From Octopus vulgaris (lineage: Eukaryota), in assembly GCA_951406725.2 (NCBI GenBank), contig OX597814.1:55986001-56050000 (forward strand): a DNA stretch of 64,000 nucleotides, in the 5' to 3' direction. Position numbers and translations under genes: made by a program. The notes under the pieces are model-generated. The model saw only the letters and a program-made list of their open reading frames with translations, ran no database searches and was not told where the DNA came from. This document shows positions 24,991-38,049 of this stretch, piece by piece (the first letter of the stretch is position 1; each line of letters opens with the position of its first letter).

Positions 24991-25134
24991 AAACTTACAC
25001 AAGGTAAAGATTGACAGTGACTTTGAAGTTTCAGGTGCTTGCCTTCATCAAATTGTGGACACAACAGTCTGATGAATGCAAAAAAGTAAGCTTAGACTTC
25101 AAAGTTACTGTCAACGTTTTCTTTGTAAGAGTTT
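24991..25134. repeat. Foldback made of two inverted degenerate hammerhead ribozymes
   Basis: Arms 24991-25056 and 25064-25134. Minus copy: ACAAT TTGATGA AGGCAAGCACCT GAAA CTTCAAAG TC ACTGT. Plus copy: ACAGT CTGATGA ...AGAC TTCAAAG TT ACTGT. Confidence 0.7.
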
Positions 25135-25913
25135 ACTAAAAAGTAGGGTAGTCCTTCAGTTTAATGCTAAATTGTTTTTATATGTTCTTTACATGATTAG
25201 GCTTACTTCTTTCTTAAATTCTAAGTGAAGTTAATAGGATTAGCCTCATAAAAGTAATTATTTTAATTAATAGATGTAGCATAGTTTTCCTTTACTGTTG
25301 ATATGCATAGTAAACCAAACTGGTTAAAAGGTGAACTTGCCCTTAATATCTGTCAGTTTTAAATACTATCAATTTTTTCATCATTTGGCTGGGCGACTTG
25401 CTCTAAACTATGTAACTCTTCCATATGAGATATCTCAATTGAGCAATGGAGCATGAATGTCTGGCTTTAGTTTTAGTGTCACATTAGTCTTTTGCTAGCT
25501 AAAATATCTCATCTGTGCATGCCACAACTACAGACTGCTCAGCATCTAGTGGTATTTGCCATTGATTCAATAAGTTCATTTGCTGAAATAGTTCACATCC
25601 GCCATGCTGCATCCCATGGTTTAAACAAACCATGGTTTGAGTTTTATAGTGCAACTAATAAAGCTGTATAATTGGGAGTAGAAATATTGGAATATTTTAG
25701 TTAATTTATCTTGTCCTTTAAACCCTTTTTATAATCACATTTCTAAGAAAATACTCTGTGAATGTGTTTCAAGTTATTTTGAAATACAATCAAGATGTGT
25801 CATTCAGTAAAATAACTTTGTCATTATTAAATATGTGTTTCACAGTGAATTGGTACTATTGTTAGCATACTGGACAAACTGTTTAACGGCATTTGTTACA
25901 GGTTTACATTCTG

Positions 25914-26242
25914 TGCACATGGCTCAGTTGTTAGAGCGTTGGGCTCACAATCATGTGGTAGTGAGTTCAATTCTCGGATTGGGCTGTGTTGTGTTCTTGA
26001 GCAAGACACTTTATTTCACGTTGCTCCAGTTTATTCAGCTATAAAAATGAGTTGCAATGTCACTGGTGCCAAGCTGTATCAGCCTTGCCATTCCCGTGGA
26101 CAACATTGGTGACATGAAATAGGGAGGCTGGTATGCATGCTGGTCTTCCATAAACAACCTTACTTGCTTGGACTTCTGCCTCAGCGGGTAATTTTCTAGA
26201 TGCAATCTCATGGTCATTTGTGACTGAAGGGCATCTTTACCC
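25914..26242 (+). mobile_element. SINE family C, apparently inserted into a family B SINE (25840-26392)
   Basis: The family B head lies upstream and its Nin core resumes at about 26243; TTACATTCTGTG is duplicated on both sides of the family C copy. Confidence 0.75.
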
Positions 26243-26739
26243 GTTACATTCTGTGTTCAAATTCCACTGAGGTTGACTTTGCCTTTTATCCTTTCAGGGT
26301 CAATAAAATAAAGTACCAGTCATGCATTGGGGTCAGTGTAATTGATCATCTCCTACTCCAAATTTTCAGGCCTTCAGTTGTAGAAAGAATTACTAAGCCT
26401 GTTTGGAACAGAACTTAAAAGGTCTTTTATCCAAAATTATTATTGAAGGTTTTAACATAAATATAAATACTTTAAAATGAGAAGTTTTATATTACAACTA
26501 AAGTAGTCTAAGGTGTGTTGGTATGGACAAAGGATTGTAGGATTAAATGTGGGTATGATGGAATATTCTGATTGTGAAAATGGAAGGAAAAAATTTAGGT
26601 TACTTTAATTATAAACTTGAGGCTATACCAGAAAGCTTTTTTTAAAATTTGCTTACAAGTATGGTTGATGGAACAGATAAAAGACTTCTTTTTCAATAAG
26701 CTATAGCTTCTAAAGTGGAATATTAGCCCATGTTGAAAT

Positions 26740-26945
26740 ATTGGTTTCAAATTTTGGAACAAGGCCAGCAATTTTAGAGGAGGAGTAAGTAGATTACATC
26801 ATTCTCAGTGTTCAACTGGTACTTATTTTATTGACCCCAAAAAGACAAAGGGCAAAGTCAATCTTGGTGGAATTTGAACACATATCGTAAAGACAGACAT
26901 AATAACACTAAGCATTTTTCCTGACATACTAATGATTGTGCCACC
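26740..26945 (-). mobile_element. SINE family B
   Basis: CTGGTACTTATTTTATTGACCCC...GGCAAAGTC...GGAATTTGAAC. Confidence 0.75.
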
Positions 26946-27256
26946 CATCTGTCTTCACCCATGTTGAAATATTGTATGAAATATTGTTGCATTTATAAAC
27001 TTTCTAATAAATTATGAAATTAATTGTCATTGGTTTCACTTTGTTTAGTGTTAACTGCTGTATTTTGTTGTGTTTGTGGAAGTAGAGAGGGATAGGTGAG
27101 CAAAATATTGAATTCCAGTGAACTCAAACTGTAATATAATGTAGCATTTTAATAGATTAAGGGGTATTAAGGTTGAAGGTGTGAAGTGTAGATTTATGAC
27201 ATTTTGTAAGCACTGCATTAAAGAATAAGAGGAGCTAAATAAAGATTCCTCTATGC

Positions 27257-27405
27257 CAGTACTCTGCAACCAGTATGCTGTGGCACACTGGTGTGCACAG
27301 GGTAATGTGAGTATAATATTTTCCCTATACTTTTAGTTCAGGTGTACTACCGAATTTTGAAAAGAATATAAGTGACTGCAAGTGAAAAAAGGTTGCAGAG
27401 CACTG
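27257..27405. mobile_element. hAT MITE
   Basis: TIRs CAGTACTCTGCAACC / GGTTGCAGAGCACTG; perfect 8-bp TSD CTCTATGC. Confidence 0.9.
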
Positions 27406-27909
27406 CTCTATGCAATAGTTAGTCTTCCTAGAAACAACAGCCAACTTTCTCTTAAACCTTTAGCATTCAGATTACTCTGTCAAATATAATGTTTGTTTAT
27501 TCATATTGCTTTGAATTTATCATATATTATTTTATAGGTTTGAAATTTCAGTGATGTGATTGTTTATTTTTTAGAATGACATTGTACAATAGGTGTGAAT
27601 CTTTTGTTTACAAAGATTACATAACATGTCAAGACACGCCACATAAGCCAAGGCATACTTTCATGGTAGACTGCAAGCTAATGACACTGTCAGGAAGTCA
27701 TTGATTTCAAACCAGTGAACACAAGGGAAATACGAACTCACTGACATAAACACATACATACATACTGACAGATGTGTGTGTGTGTGTGTACATACATACA
27801 TTCATACATACATACATACATGCATGCATGCATACATACATGCATGCATACATACATACATACATACATACATACATACATACATCATGCTTACATACAT
27901 ACATACATA

Positions 27910-28911
27910 TTGGGGTTGGACAAAATAATGGAAACACCTAGTATCATAGCATCATAATTTTGAAATATCTTTAAAACTGTCAAAAGATATTTTATTTTTA
28001 TGTTTTTTGATTTGTTATTAGTGTTGCTTAATATGTTTTGCTAAAATTGCTGTTTCTTTTCAGATATCATTAGAAAAAGGTAATGAAAATTCATTAAAAT
28101 GACAGATTCATCGGACTTTTGTAGAGGTCAAATTGTTGGTGCTCGTATAGCAGGCACTGGTATAATGAAAACAACCGAAATGTTTGGTGTATCAAGAAGT
28201 ACTGTCTTGAAAGTAATGACAGCCTTTGAGAAAGAGGGAGAAACCTCCTCGTTGAAACAAAACTCTGGAAGAAAACCAAAACTTTCAGATAGGGAACATC
28301 AGACTTTTACGCGAATTGTTAGAAAGGATCACAAAAGTACAGCTCCCAAAATTACTGCAGAGCTTAATGACCACCTCGAGAATCCAGTTTCCACAAAAAC
28401 TGTTTGCCAGGAGCTGCACAACGCCAGATTTCATGGGAGGGCTGCAATCAGAAAACTACTACTTTCAAAAACAAATGTTGCAAAGCGTTTAGAGTGTAGT
28501 AAGAAACTACAGAATTGGTTCCTAGAGCAGTGGAAGAATGTTATTTTCTCGGACAAGTCATCCTTTACCTTGTTTCCGACCACCGACCGGGTATACATGT
28601 GGAGACAGTCAAAAGAAGCATTTGACCCAGACTACCTTCTTCCAACTGTTAACCATAGAGGAGGATCTGTGATGATCGGGGGGGGGGGGGGTATATCTTG
28701 GAAATCCGCCGGCTCAATGGCTCCCCTTCATGACTGAATAATTGACAAGACTATTTAAGCATTTTATCTGATCAAATTCATCTTATGGTTGCAGAACTGT
28801 TTCCAGAGGGAAATGCAGTCTTTCAGCATGATAATGCACCAATTCACACAGCTAAAGTTGTTACTGAATGGCACAAGGAACATTCTAGAGAAGTTGAACA
28901 TTTTATCTTGC
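27910..28911 (+). mobile_element. Tc1-family DNA transposon, 3'-truncated
   Basis: TA then GGGGTTGGACAAAATAATGGAAACACC left TIR, followed by transposase; cut off by a SINE fragment at about 28912. Confidence 0.85.
28099..28911 (+). pseudogene. Tc1 transposase, frameshifted and truncated
   Basis: Paired-like HTH (GVSRSTV), GRKPKL, WKNVIFSD(K/E)S and GGGSVMI; after a frameshift near 28740 it reads FQHDNAPIHTA. The third catalytic residue is missing. Confidence 0.88.
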
Positions 28912-29718
28912 CTAAGATGCCATAATGCAGTTGGACTGAACTTGCAATATCATGTTTGGGAAGCAAACTTCTTAACCACACAGTGATGTCTCTGCCTGCA
29001 GTATAACCAATAAATACTAGACATGTCATTGCTAACTTATAAATTTTTCTGCCTTTTAACAAAATAACTGATCTCCTTGAACATATATTTACTTAAATTT
29101 CTCCAGTTCTTTTTTCCGATCAGTTAGCCAATCTCTTTATTAAAAGCAAACATGAAAATGTTATTGGTTTCTTTAGAGTTTTGTGTTATATTTGAAAAAG
29201 TGAAATTTTAATACTTCCATCAATCAAATATCAGAAATCTGTAATTTACTGTAATAAAAATGCACATTCAGACTCCTCTTTACCATATTAATAAAAATAT
29301 ACACTCCTCCACCAGTTTTTGAGATATCTTGTCCATGGACAAACAAACAAACATGACTGACAATAATATCCATCTTAGTGAAGGCAGATGTAATAATAAT
29401 GGTTTCAAATTTTGCCACAAGGGCAGCCATTTTGGGGTAGGGGTTGAGTTGATTACTTTGACCCCAGTGTTGAACTGGTACTTATTTTATTGACCCAGGG
29501 AAGGGAACAGTTAATTACATTGACCCTCCAGTCCCCACTCCCCCAGCACTTGATTGATACTCTGTTTTATTGACTCTGTAAGTATGAAATTTAAAAGTTG
29601 ATCTCAATGGAATTTGAACTCAGAATGTAACATGATGAAAAACCACAAGGTATTTTGTTTGTGCTTTAATGATTCTGCAATGATAATAAGGATTGCAACA
29701 AATGAAGTTAGTCTACAC

Positions 29719-29921
29719 CAGTGGTTCCCAACCTGTGGTCCGCAGGCCCCTGGTGGCCCACAAAGGTAGTACTGGGGGTCTGTGAACTAAATTCAAAATT
29801 TCATATATATATATAAATATACACACACACACACATAAGGATAAGCATATTAAAAGGGGTCTGTGAGAAAACTCATTTAGATAGAAGGGGTCTTTGGTAG
29901 TGAAAAGGTCGGGAACAACTG
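29719..29921. mobile_element. hAT (Charlie-like) MITE
   Basis: CAGTGGTTCCCAACCT / AGGTCGGGAACAACTG; TSD GTCTACAC/GTCTATAC. Confidence 0.85.
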
Positions 29922-30094
29922 GTCTATACCATCAGCCCAAGTACTTTACTGGTACTTTATTGTTTTTAGAGAGAGATGAAAGGCAAATTTAAACAAAAGT
30001 GTTGGAACAAATACTGCAAAGTATTTTTTTTACTGACACTTTAATGATTCTGCCAGTTTACCAATAAGCTTTTTATTATTAGTAGCAAGACCAT

Positions 30095-30310
30095 GGCGGT
30101 GAGCTGGCAGAATCGTTAACACACTGGATGAAATGCTTAGCGTTATTTCACCTGTCGCTGTTTTGAGTTCAAATTCCGCCGAGGTCGACTTTGCCTTTTA
30201 TCCTTTTGGGGTTGATAAAATAAACATCAGGTTTAACACTGGGGTTAATGTAATCAACTAGTCTCCTCCCCTCAAATTTCAGGCCTTGTGCCTTTAGTAG
30301 AAAGGATTAT
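30095..30310 (+). mobile_element. SINE family B (Nin-type), full length
   Basis: GGCGGTGAGCTGGCAGAATCGTTA...GAGGTCGACTTTGCCTTT..GGGGTTGATAAAATAA...AAAGGATTATT. Confidence 0.85.
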
Positions 30311-32769
30311 TGGTATCAGGAGCCTTTTATTGTATTGGCTGAGATTTTTCTTTAGTTATTTGAGAAAAGCATTAGTTCTTTGCACATCTTGGGAAGAGTA
30401 TATTACTAGCACACTCTCTTTACTTCACTTGGGACAGAATCTTCTTAGTGAATACTTTTTTCCATTGCATTTTATACTGATTCTGACGGTTTGCAACTCA
30501 CTTACTTTTAATGTCCTCCTCATTGTCACTTACTGTGGCTAGTATCATGAGAAGGGACCACTGGTTGTCAACTTTTGAACCTGACAGCTAGGTGAGTTTA
30601 CTGCAACCAGTGATGTAACCAATGTTTTTCTTTCAACAACAACAGTTTTCAGGACCTGCTGTTCTTTTGTTACTTCTACTGCTGGTTCATCACTCTCTTT
30701 CTCTGCCTTTCTTGTTCATCAAGGCAGAATGCCCCTAAATAGCTCTTACTAATACAAATGCAACATCAGGTTTCCTGCTCATTGTCATTGCTTTTGTTTC
30801 TCTAACTATGATGGAACTCAGCTCTGAAATGACTTTTGTATGTTTTATTTCTTTTTATCGTTCTAACCCCTTTTAATACATCATTTCTTGTTACCTCTGT
30901 ATTCACAACTGCCCACACTGTACTACAGAGGAGGCAATGAGTTAGGGGTTAATGCCACTGGCAATATCCCTGGCTGTCACCATTGTATGGCACTGGAAAT
31001 ATTGTAATGATAATAATGTATAATTGTATGAGCTTACAGGCAGGTGTGTGGCACACAAAACTAGCCTGTTTACTTGCTCCATTCCCATGTAGATAGGACT
31101 ATATATTTTACTGTGATTCATGGAAACCATGTTTCTACACTTATCAACCAGGGCCTCCTGCAACTGTCTATCCTTTTAAGGGTATATAACAGCTTCCAAC
31201 AGTGTCAATAATAATGCAAGGGTATATTACTCTCATTTTTGCTTGTTCCTGAATGTATTGCTCTGGCAAGAAAGCACTATCTCTAGTAGAACATTCCTCT
31301 ATTGTCTCCTTTTCCTTCAAACTGATCTATGTCTTGATATTCATTGTGATTCACTGCACTAGACATTTTATACTGTTGTTAAGTTCATTAATTTTTCTGT
31401 CTGTAATAATTACTATATCTGTTTGGAATTACTTTTATTTCTAAATCTGTGTTTTTGTAATTGTCTGACACTAAAACACTTAGTTCCAATTACAGAGTAT
31501 ATTTGAAACACAAACACCACATGGCTAATTAATGTAACTCACACTACATTCATGCTGCTCAACAGATGAAACATTAAAATAAAACCAGAAACAAAACATA
31601 TCCTATAGCCAAACAAACCTTGCATAGTATGCAGTGTTCTCCAAAAGATAATGTTGCATACACTTCAAAAGTATGGAGGTATCCTTGATATTTCAGTAGA
31701 AATTTGCATAAAACTACCACAGGACAAGACTAGAAATTTGGTGGAGAGGTTTATTTGATTTAATTACTCCCCAGTACTTGATTGGTAGTTTATTTTATTG
31801 ATCCTATGAGGACAAAAAGTAAAGTTGGTCTTGGCAGGATTTGAACATAGAACGTAAAGAATTGTAACTAAATACTGTAAGATATTTTGTCACCACCACT
31901 TGGTGATGGATGGAAGGACATTATAAGGAGAATTCAGAAAAATATGGCCTTTGTTCATGAGAGATGGTTATGAAAAAAAAAAAAAAGGTAAACAACATGC
32001 ATAAGGGATGTTTCAAGTGGGGGACAGCTACCTTGGGTTAATAAAAAAATAAAAAACACGCCCTGAATAAGATTTCTATTATTAGTGTGTTGTGATAATA
32101 GTGAGTGTGTGTTATGCTTTTGTGAAATCAAAATAAAAATTTTGTTGTAAGAATCAATAAACCATTCACAGATTTTACATTTTGCCAGTCTCTTTCATTA
32201 AAACTATTATTTACAAAACATGTTTCTTTTTTTTATTTATTTTTAGAGAAATCTCATTTCATCCATCTAAGAGAAGAGGAGGAAGCTTAGATTTTCTATT
32301 ACATGAATGATAATTGTAAGTACTGGAATTTGCATTTTCAGCACTTAGTGTTCATTCTTTCTCTGAAAATGTTATTAAAGAATTATAAATGCACATAATA
32401 TATATGTTAATATTATGTCGCTTTCCTTGTGATGCGTTGTCTATCATGCTACCAGCTCTTTTATGAGTATCATCTCTTATGTGACTTGGACACTCAGAGA
32501 TTGTTTTTCCTAAATTTTCTCTGTGTATGTATGTATGTGTGTGTGTGTGTGTATGTATGTGTGCACGCATGTGTATTTGCTTCATAATCATTAGCATTTC
32601 ATTATCATTAACATCTTAGTAATATGCACATGTTAATGCTTAGATCATGTACTGATTGTGATTTAAGGACTGCAATCCCTTCTGGTTCAATGATTTACTT
32701 GTATTACATTTAATTTTTGGCGCTGATAGTGGAAGGTTTGAGAATTTTTCAGCATTAAATTACATGTTA

Positions 32770-33745
32770 TTTTTTCAGTTCACTTATATACAATATTTAA
32801 ATCATGTGCATAGCATCTCCTGTGTTATCACCTATGATACTTTTGTTTCATCTGCATAACCAGAGAAGATGGCTGTCTGTATAGCTGAGGGTGTGTCTGA
32901 GAAAGCCATTATGAACAGCAGTGGCTCAGGATAGTATTCTATGTAACCCCATTCACTGTTATTGTTTCTTGGGAGATGGTTTCATTGGCTACTACTGCCT
33001 GACTTCTGTATTTTAAAAAGTCATGCAGCCACTCCCCCAGTTTTGTGACTATACTGAGATCATATAACTTTTGACATATTCCATGACTGACTTTATTGAA
33101 AGCTTTTGCAAAATTGAGATGCATTACATCCAAATTTTAGTGGTTCAGCAATTGTTGTTAGAGCCAAGCATATCTGTTGCAGGATCTGTGTCAGGCAGCT
33201 CCTTTCTGTTGAAAATTATGTTGGTGTTAGTTTATAAATCATAGTCTTTGAGGAACTTGATTAGTTTCCCTCTGACAATTTGTTCCATGACTTTGCTGAT
33301 ATGTGATATCAGAGACAGACAAGCCTATAATTTTTAGCATTTGCTCTGTTTCTACCTATAAGAATGGGACAAATTATGCATTCCTTTAACCTTCTTGGAA
33401 ATTTACTACTTTGAAGAGTAACTGCAGTGGTTTTGTAAGGGATTGTTTACCCATTTTTAGAAGGATTGTGGGAAATCTACGAGGACCAGCAGTTGAGTTT
33501 AAGTTTATTTAATCTATCTTTTTTTTTTTTTATGTTGATGTAGTCAAATACTGCTGTCTCTGTATTTGTTACTGTAATGGCGAAGGATTCATCTGGTCTA
33601 CTCACTTGCACGTGTCCCACAGATTAGGTGAAAACACTTTTGAATTGCTCATTCAGTATTTCACTTATCTGTCTGGGATTTGCAGATAGTAAACCGAGGT
33701 TCTGTTTCTTTAGCAAATTTGAAGAAAGCTTTAGGGTTTTGTTTC
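32770..33745 (-). mobile_element. CR1/Jockey-group LINE RT relic
   Basis: Minus strand gives degenerate NFAKAFNKVSH (DF.KAFD.V), W..DFL..R.Q.V and GYADETKV (ADDTK) with many stops. Confidence 0.7.
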
Positions 33746-33775
33746 CTATGCTCTAAAATCATTGCCAGTTTGCTG

Positions 33776-34220
33776 CCTAATGTAGTATTAGTCATTGAGT
33801 TAACATTATTGTTTCCTCATTAAATAAGTATTTCTAATTAGATTTTTGATGTTGAATACATTAAATATTTAAACACTAACTTAACTATTATTTTCCATGC
33901 AGGTGGCAACTCTGAGTAATTAACTTTAATGACATTTCTTAATCTATGTAGTTTTTAAATGAATTTTATTTTGTTAGGTTATCATGTAGTTGATAGTATC
34001 CTAATGTAGTATTAGTCATTGAGTTATTTTTTCCTCATTAAATAAGTATTTCTAATTAGATTTTTGATGCTGAATACATTAAATATTTAAACACTAACTT
34101 AACTATTATTTTCCATGCAGGTGGCAACTCTGAGTGATTAACTTTAATGACATTTCTTAATCTATGTAGTTTTTAAGTGAATTTTATTTTGTTAGGTTAT
34201 CATGTAGTTGATAGTATCCT
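33776..34220. repeat. Recent tandem duplication (about 220-bp unit, 2 copies)
   Basis: 33776-33999 and 34000-34217 are near-identical; CCT microhomology at the junctions. Confidence 0.9.
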
Positions 34221-35234
34221 GTTCAGCAGGAGGTTTATCTCTTTTCAGTGATGACTCCCAGTTCAGTCAGCCATTTCAATTCTTGAAACTGTCAATCATG
34301 ATAAAATATGTATGGGTAGATGATATGAGAAGGGTAGATGTTCATATGTTTCTACTTTTCTTTTACAATATGATGAGATATATATATAAATGAACAAATA
34401 AATGAATATATAAAAATTAATCATGTCAGAACATGCTGTATTAAATTGTGAAACAAAGTTGTTTCAATATAGACTGTAGTGTGAGATTGAAAGGCATGAT
34501 GCTTGAAAGCCAAATATCAATCCCCACCAACACCCACCTCACTTACTCTTCCATTGCTATCACCACTATTTCTTCTAAAAATTACCATTGATGCATATGG
34601 AATAAGATAGTTATAATTAATATTATTGATGTATATTGGACTAAGATAGTTATAATTAATGTTACGCATTGTCTATGATTTATTCTAATCAGTTCTGTTA
34701 GAACTTATTTGTGAAACAAAAGTAGATAGAAAGATAGATAGATAAATAGAAAGAGAGAGAAAGAATTGATTAAACATTTAGTTGTAACTTGCAGGTATTT
34801 CTATTCTTCAGTGTGTGACTATCTGTTCTGGGACCATGCAGTAGTACACTGTGTGTGTGTGATACAGATTTGGTATGTCATATCTAAATTGATATTCATG
34901 ATATACCATATTTAGATTGTTACTCAACTTATTCTTGTCTGATTGAACGATTTAATGAAAGTCACTGCAGAGATAGTGTATACTCAGTTGGCATGTAAGA
35001 TAATTAAAAATAAATTGCTGAGGTTAATTACATACTCACCGATGCCAGCTGCATAATAAAGCAATAGTTAAGTTAGTGTCAACATACTTAATGCAGTGCG
35101 CATTAACAAATCATATTAGAAATATGCAGGTGTTGAAGAAAAGACATCAGCCAAATGACTACAGTAGTCATCGGCAACCTTTTGCAAGAAGTGGGCCACA
35201 CAATACATGGTTCATTATTAGATGGGCTAAGGTG

Positions 35235-35450
35235 CCAAGCTGGCAGAATAATTAGCATGTTGGACAGAGTGCTTTGCAGCATTTCATTCATCTTTACATT
35301 CTGGTTTCAAATTCCGCTGAGGTCAGCTTTATTTTTCATCCTTTAGGGGTTGATAAAATAAGTACCAGTTGAACACTGGGGTTAACATAATCAACTTTTC
35401 CTGCCCTCTCCTGAAATTGCTGGCCTTATGCCAAAATTTGAAATCATTAT
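35235..35450 (+). mobile_element. SINE family B
   Basis: AGCTGGCAGAAT...TTTCATCCTTTAGGGGTTGATAAAATAAGTACCAG. Confidence 0.8.
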
Positions 35451-35551
35451 TAGATAAGTTGCTCTACTAAAAAAAAAAGTCAAGGTAATATTGTGTTAGG
35501 CATGCTATTCAAAAAGTCCCATGGGCTGCTAGTTTGCCTGTGACTGGACTA

Positions 35552-35768
35552 CAAGGGGGTGCTGAAAAGTCCCTGGTTTTAAAGGTGTCACTTAAGGCTT
35601 GGTTGGAGGCCTAACCCTCCAAGTTCTTTTACAGGGCTTAGAAAAACTGAAGGACCACTGCAATAAGTTTGTGAGTCTGAGACAGGAATATGTTGAATAA
35701 AATCATGATTAGCTGATCCTCCTGTATTTTCTTGTACCCAAAGCCAGGAACTGTTCAGCCTTTCCTCA
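35552..35768. mobile_element. Mariner-type MITE
   Basis: TA|CAAGGGGGTGCTGAAAAGTCCCTGG ... CCAGGAACTGTTCAGCCTTTCCTCA imperfect TIRs. Confidence 0.6.
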
Positions 35769-36160
35769 GAGTTTGGTCCATATGCTGGACTGAATGTAGC
35801 TATTGGTGTTGAGTCATTTTGTGTGTGTGTGTGTGTGTGTGTATGTGTGTAGGCAGTGGTGAATAATTATGTGTTTTGTTTTTTACTGGTATGATGTTAA
35901 TGTCTATGGATATTTAAGAGTGCAGTTGGAAAAAAAGTTGCAGGGACTGCAAGGCTTCAAGTGAAGAGCAATGATGAACCCTTCCCTACATCATATGTCT
36001 AGATGATCTTGATTTACTATGAATGTATTCTGATAGTGTGTAGCAAATATTGTTTTATAAGGTTTGTTGTTTCCTTTCTTAGGTTGACAGGTTAATGTAC
36101 ATGTTATAGGGCTGATAGTTCATAAAGGATAGTATATATTGTTACTAAATTTTATAGATA

Positions 36161-37091
36161 TTGGGTCATCCCATAAATAATGCAGTTTTTTAATACTACT
36201 TTTATTTTTCAAAATTAAGATAATCAAAGTTCTTTTTTAATCCAAAATATACTTTCCTTCATTTTCTACAATGCTTTTACATCTATCTGGTAAACTTGCA
36301 AGGCTCCTCTTCCAAAATTCACTTGTCTTTGATGAAAAAGACTCCTCCAGTACTGTTCTGACCTCATCTACAGAACTCCTATCTTTTTCATCCAAATGAT
36401 TTTGTAGACTGTGAAATAAATCATAACCAGATGAGGCAATGTCTGGCGAATATGGTGGGTGGGGCATCTTTTCCCATTCAAACTGCTCCAGCCTTTGGAA
36501 TGTCATCCTTGCTGTATGTGGCTGAGCATTATCCTGATAGAACAGCTTTCGTCTTAAAACCAAAGATGGTCGTTTTTCTTCTAGCACTGACTTTAATGAC
36601 TGGTTGAATGACCAAATCCAAGCTTCTCTGCTAGTGTCTAGCATATGTTGTCTTATATGTTACAATAGGATTTTGTTCCACCAGTGTTTGCAGGATGTCT
36701 TCGTTGAGCTCTACAGAACTTCCAAGATGTGGTTCATTTTCTAGGCTGTAGCTTCCAGCTCAGAATTTCTGGAACCACTGTTGACACTGGCTTACACTTC
36801 TTGTCTGATCCTCATATATTGCATTAATATTCCTCACACTTTCTGTTGCATTTGTTGCCTTTATCGAACTCATAAAGTAAATATGCCAAATATGCTTCTT
36901 TGTCACTTCCATTATAGCTTTGCAGTTTGATTTTAACAGTTATTTTTCCTCTCTTCAAAACTTGCACTAAGAATAAAGACAAGGTAAATTTACTACCTGC
37001 TTTTATAGCAAGTTGATGCAGGTAGTTTAACCTGTCCCCCTCTGACTTTTAGTTCATGCAATAAAAAACGCATTATTTACGGGATGACCTA

Positions 37092-37092
<1 letters not shown>
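36161..37092 (-). mobile_element. Mariner transposon, internally deleted
   Basis: TA TSDs; TIRs TTGGGTCATCCCATAAATAATGC / GCATTATTTACGGGATGACCTAG. Confidence 0.9.
36237..36912 (-). pseudogene. Mariner (DD34D) transposase pseudogene
   Basis: N-terminus MEVTKKHIWHILLYEF...QWFQKF and C-terminus QDNAQPH...HPPYSPDIASSGY (third D mutated). The middle is deleted and there are frameshifts. Confidence 0.88.
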
Positions 37093-37136
<44 letters not shown>

Positions 37137-37140
<4 letters not shown>

Positions 37141-37350
37141 TTTCAAATTTTGACACAATACCAGCAAGTTCATGGGATGGGGTAAGTTGATTACATCAAC
37201 CCCAGTGCTCAACTGGTACTTACTTAATTGACCCCAAAAGGATGAAGGGCAAAGTTGACCCCAGTGGCATTTGAACTGAGAACATAAAGACAGATGGAAT
37301 GCCACTAAGCATTTTGCCTAGCATGCTAGCGATTCTGCCAGCTCACTACC
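37137..37350 (-). mobile_element. SINE family B
   Basis: CTGGTACTTA..TTGACCCCAAAAGGATGAAGGGCAAAG...GATTCTGCCAGCTC. Confidence 0.8.
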
Positions 37351-37380
37351 TTATATTTTATCAGTATTATATATTGTTAC

Positions 37381-37425
<45 letters not shown>

Positions 37426-37463
37426 ATATTTATATCTATATATATATAGCTCTGTCTGTCTGT

Positions 37464-37509
<46 letters not shown>

Positions 37510-38049
37510 GTATGTATATATGTATAAATGATGGATTCTCTTGTCATGGATGACAAATGAGGGTTCAATAAAATAAAGCATTAATCATGTTCTTTGGACA
37601 CAAATGTCTCTTGATGCCTACTGTTGCTTTGTGAACCTTTTGGCAAATGGAACAAGTTGGGGACTCAGTTTGTTTAAGTGCTTGTGGATCATTTATTATG
37701 TGTTGTTTTATCAGTATTATATATTGTTACTAAGTTATATAAATAAATATATATATCTATTATATTATCTTTCTCTTTCTCTCTCTGTCTATCTATCTGT
37801 CTCTCTCTCTATCTATCTATCTATTTGTCTATCCTTCCTCCCTCCCTCCCTTTTTCCTTCCTTCCTTCTTTCATTCCTATATATTGTTGATAAATTAGTA
37901 AAATTTTTGTTTTTTGGTTAGATCTTAATGAATATTTTAGCTGTAACTGTATATCATTCATTCATCATCATTTAACGTCCGCTTTCCATGCTAGCATGGA
38001 CTTTTAAGTTGTTTATTTAGGTTAGAGTGAAGTATGAGAATGTAAGAGA

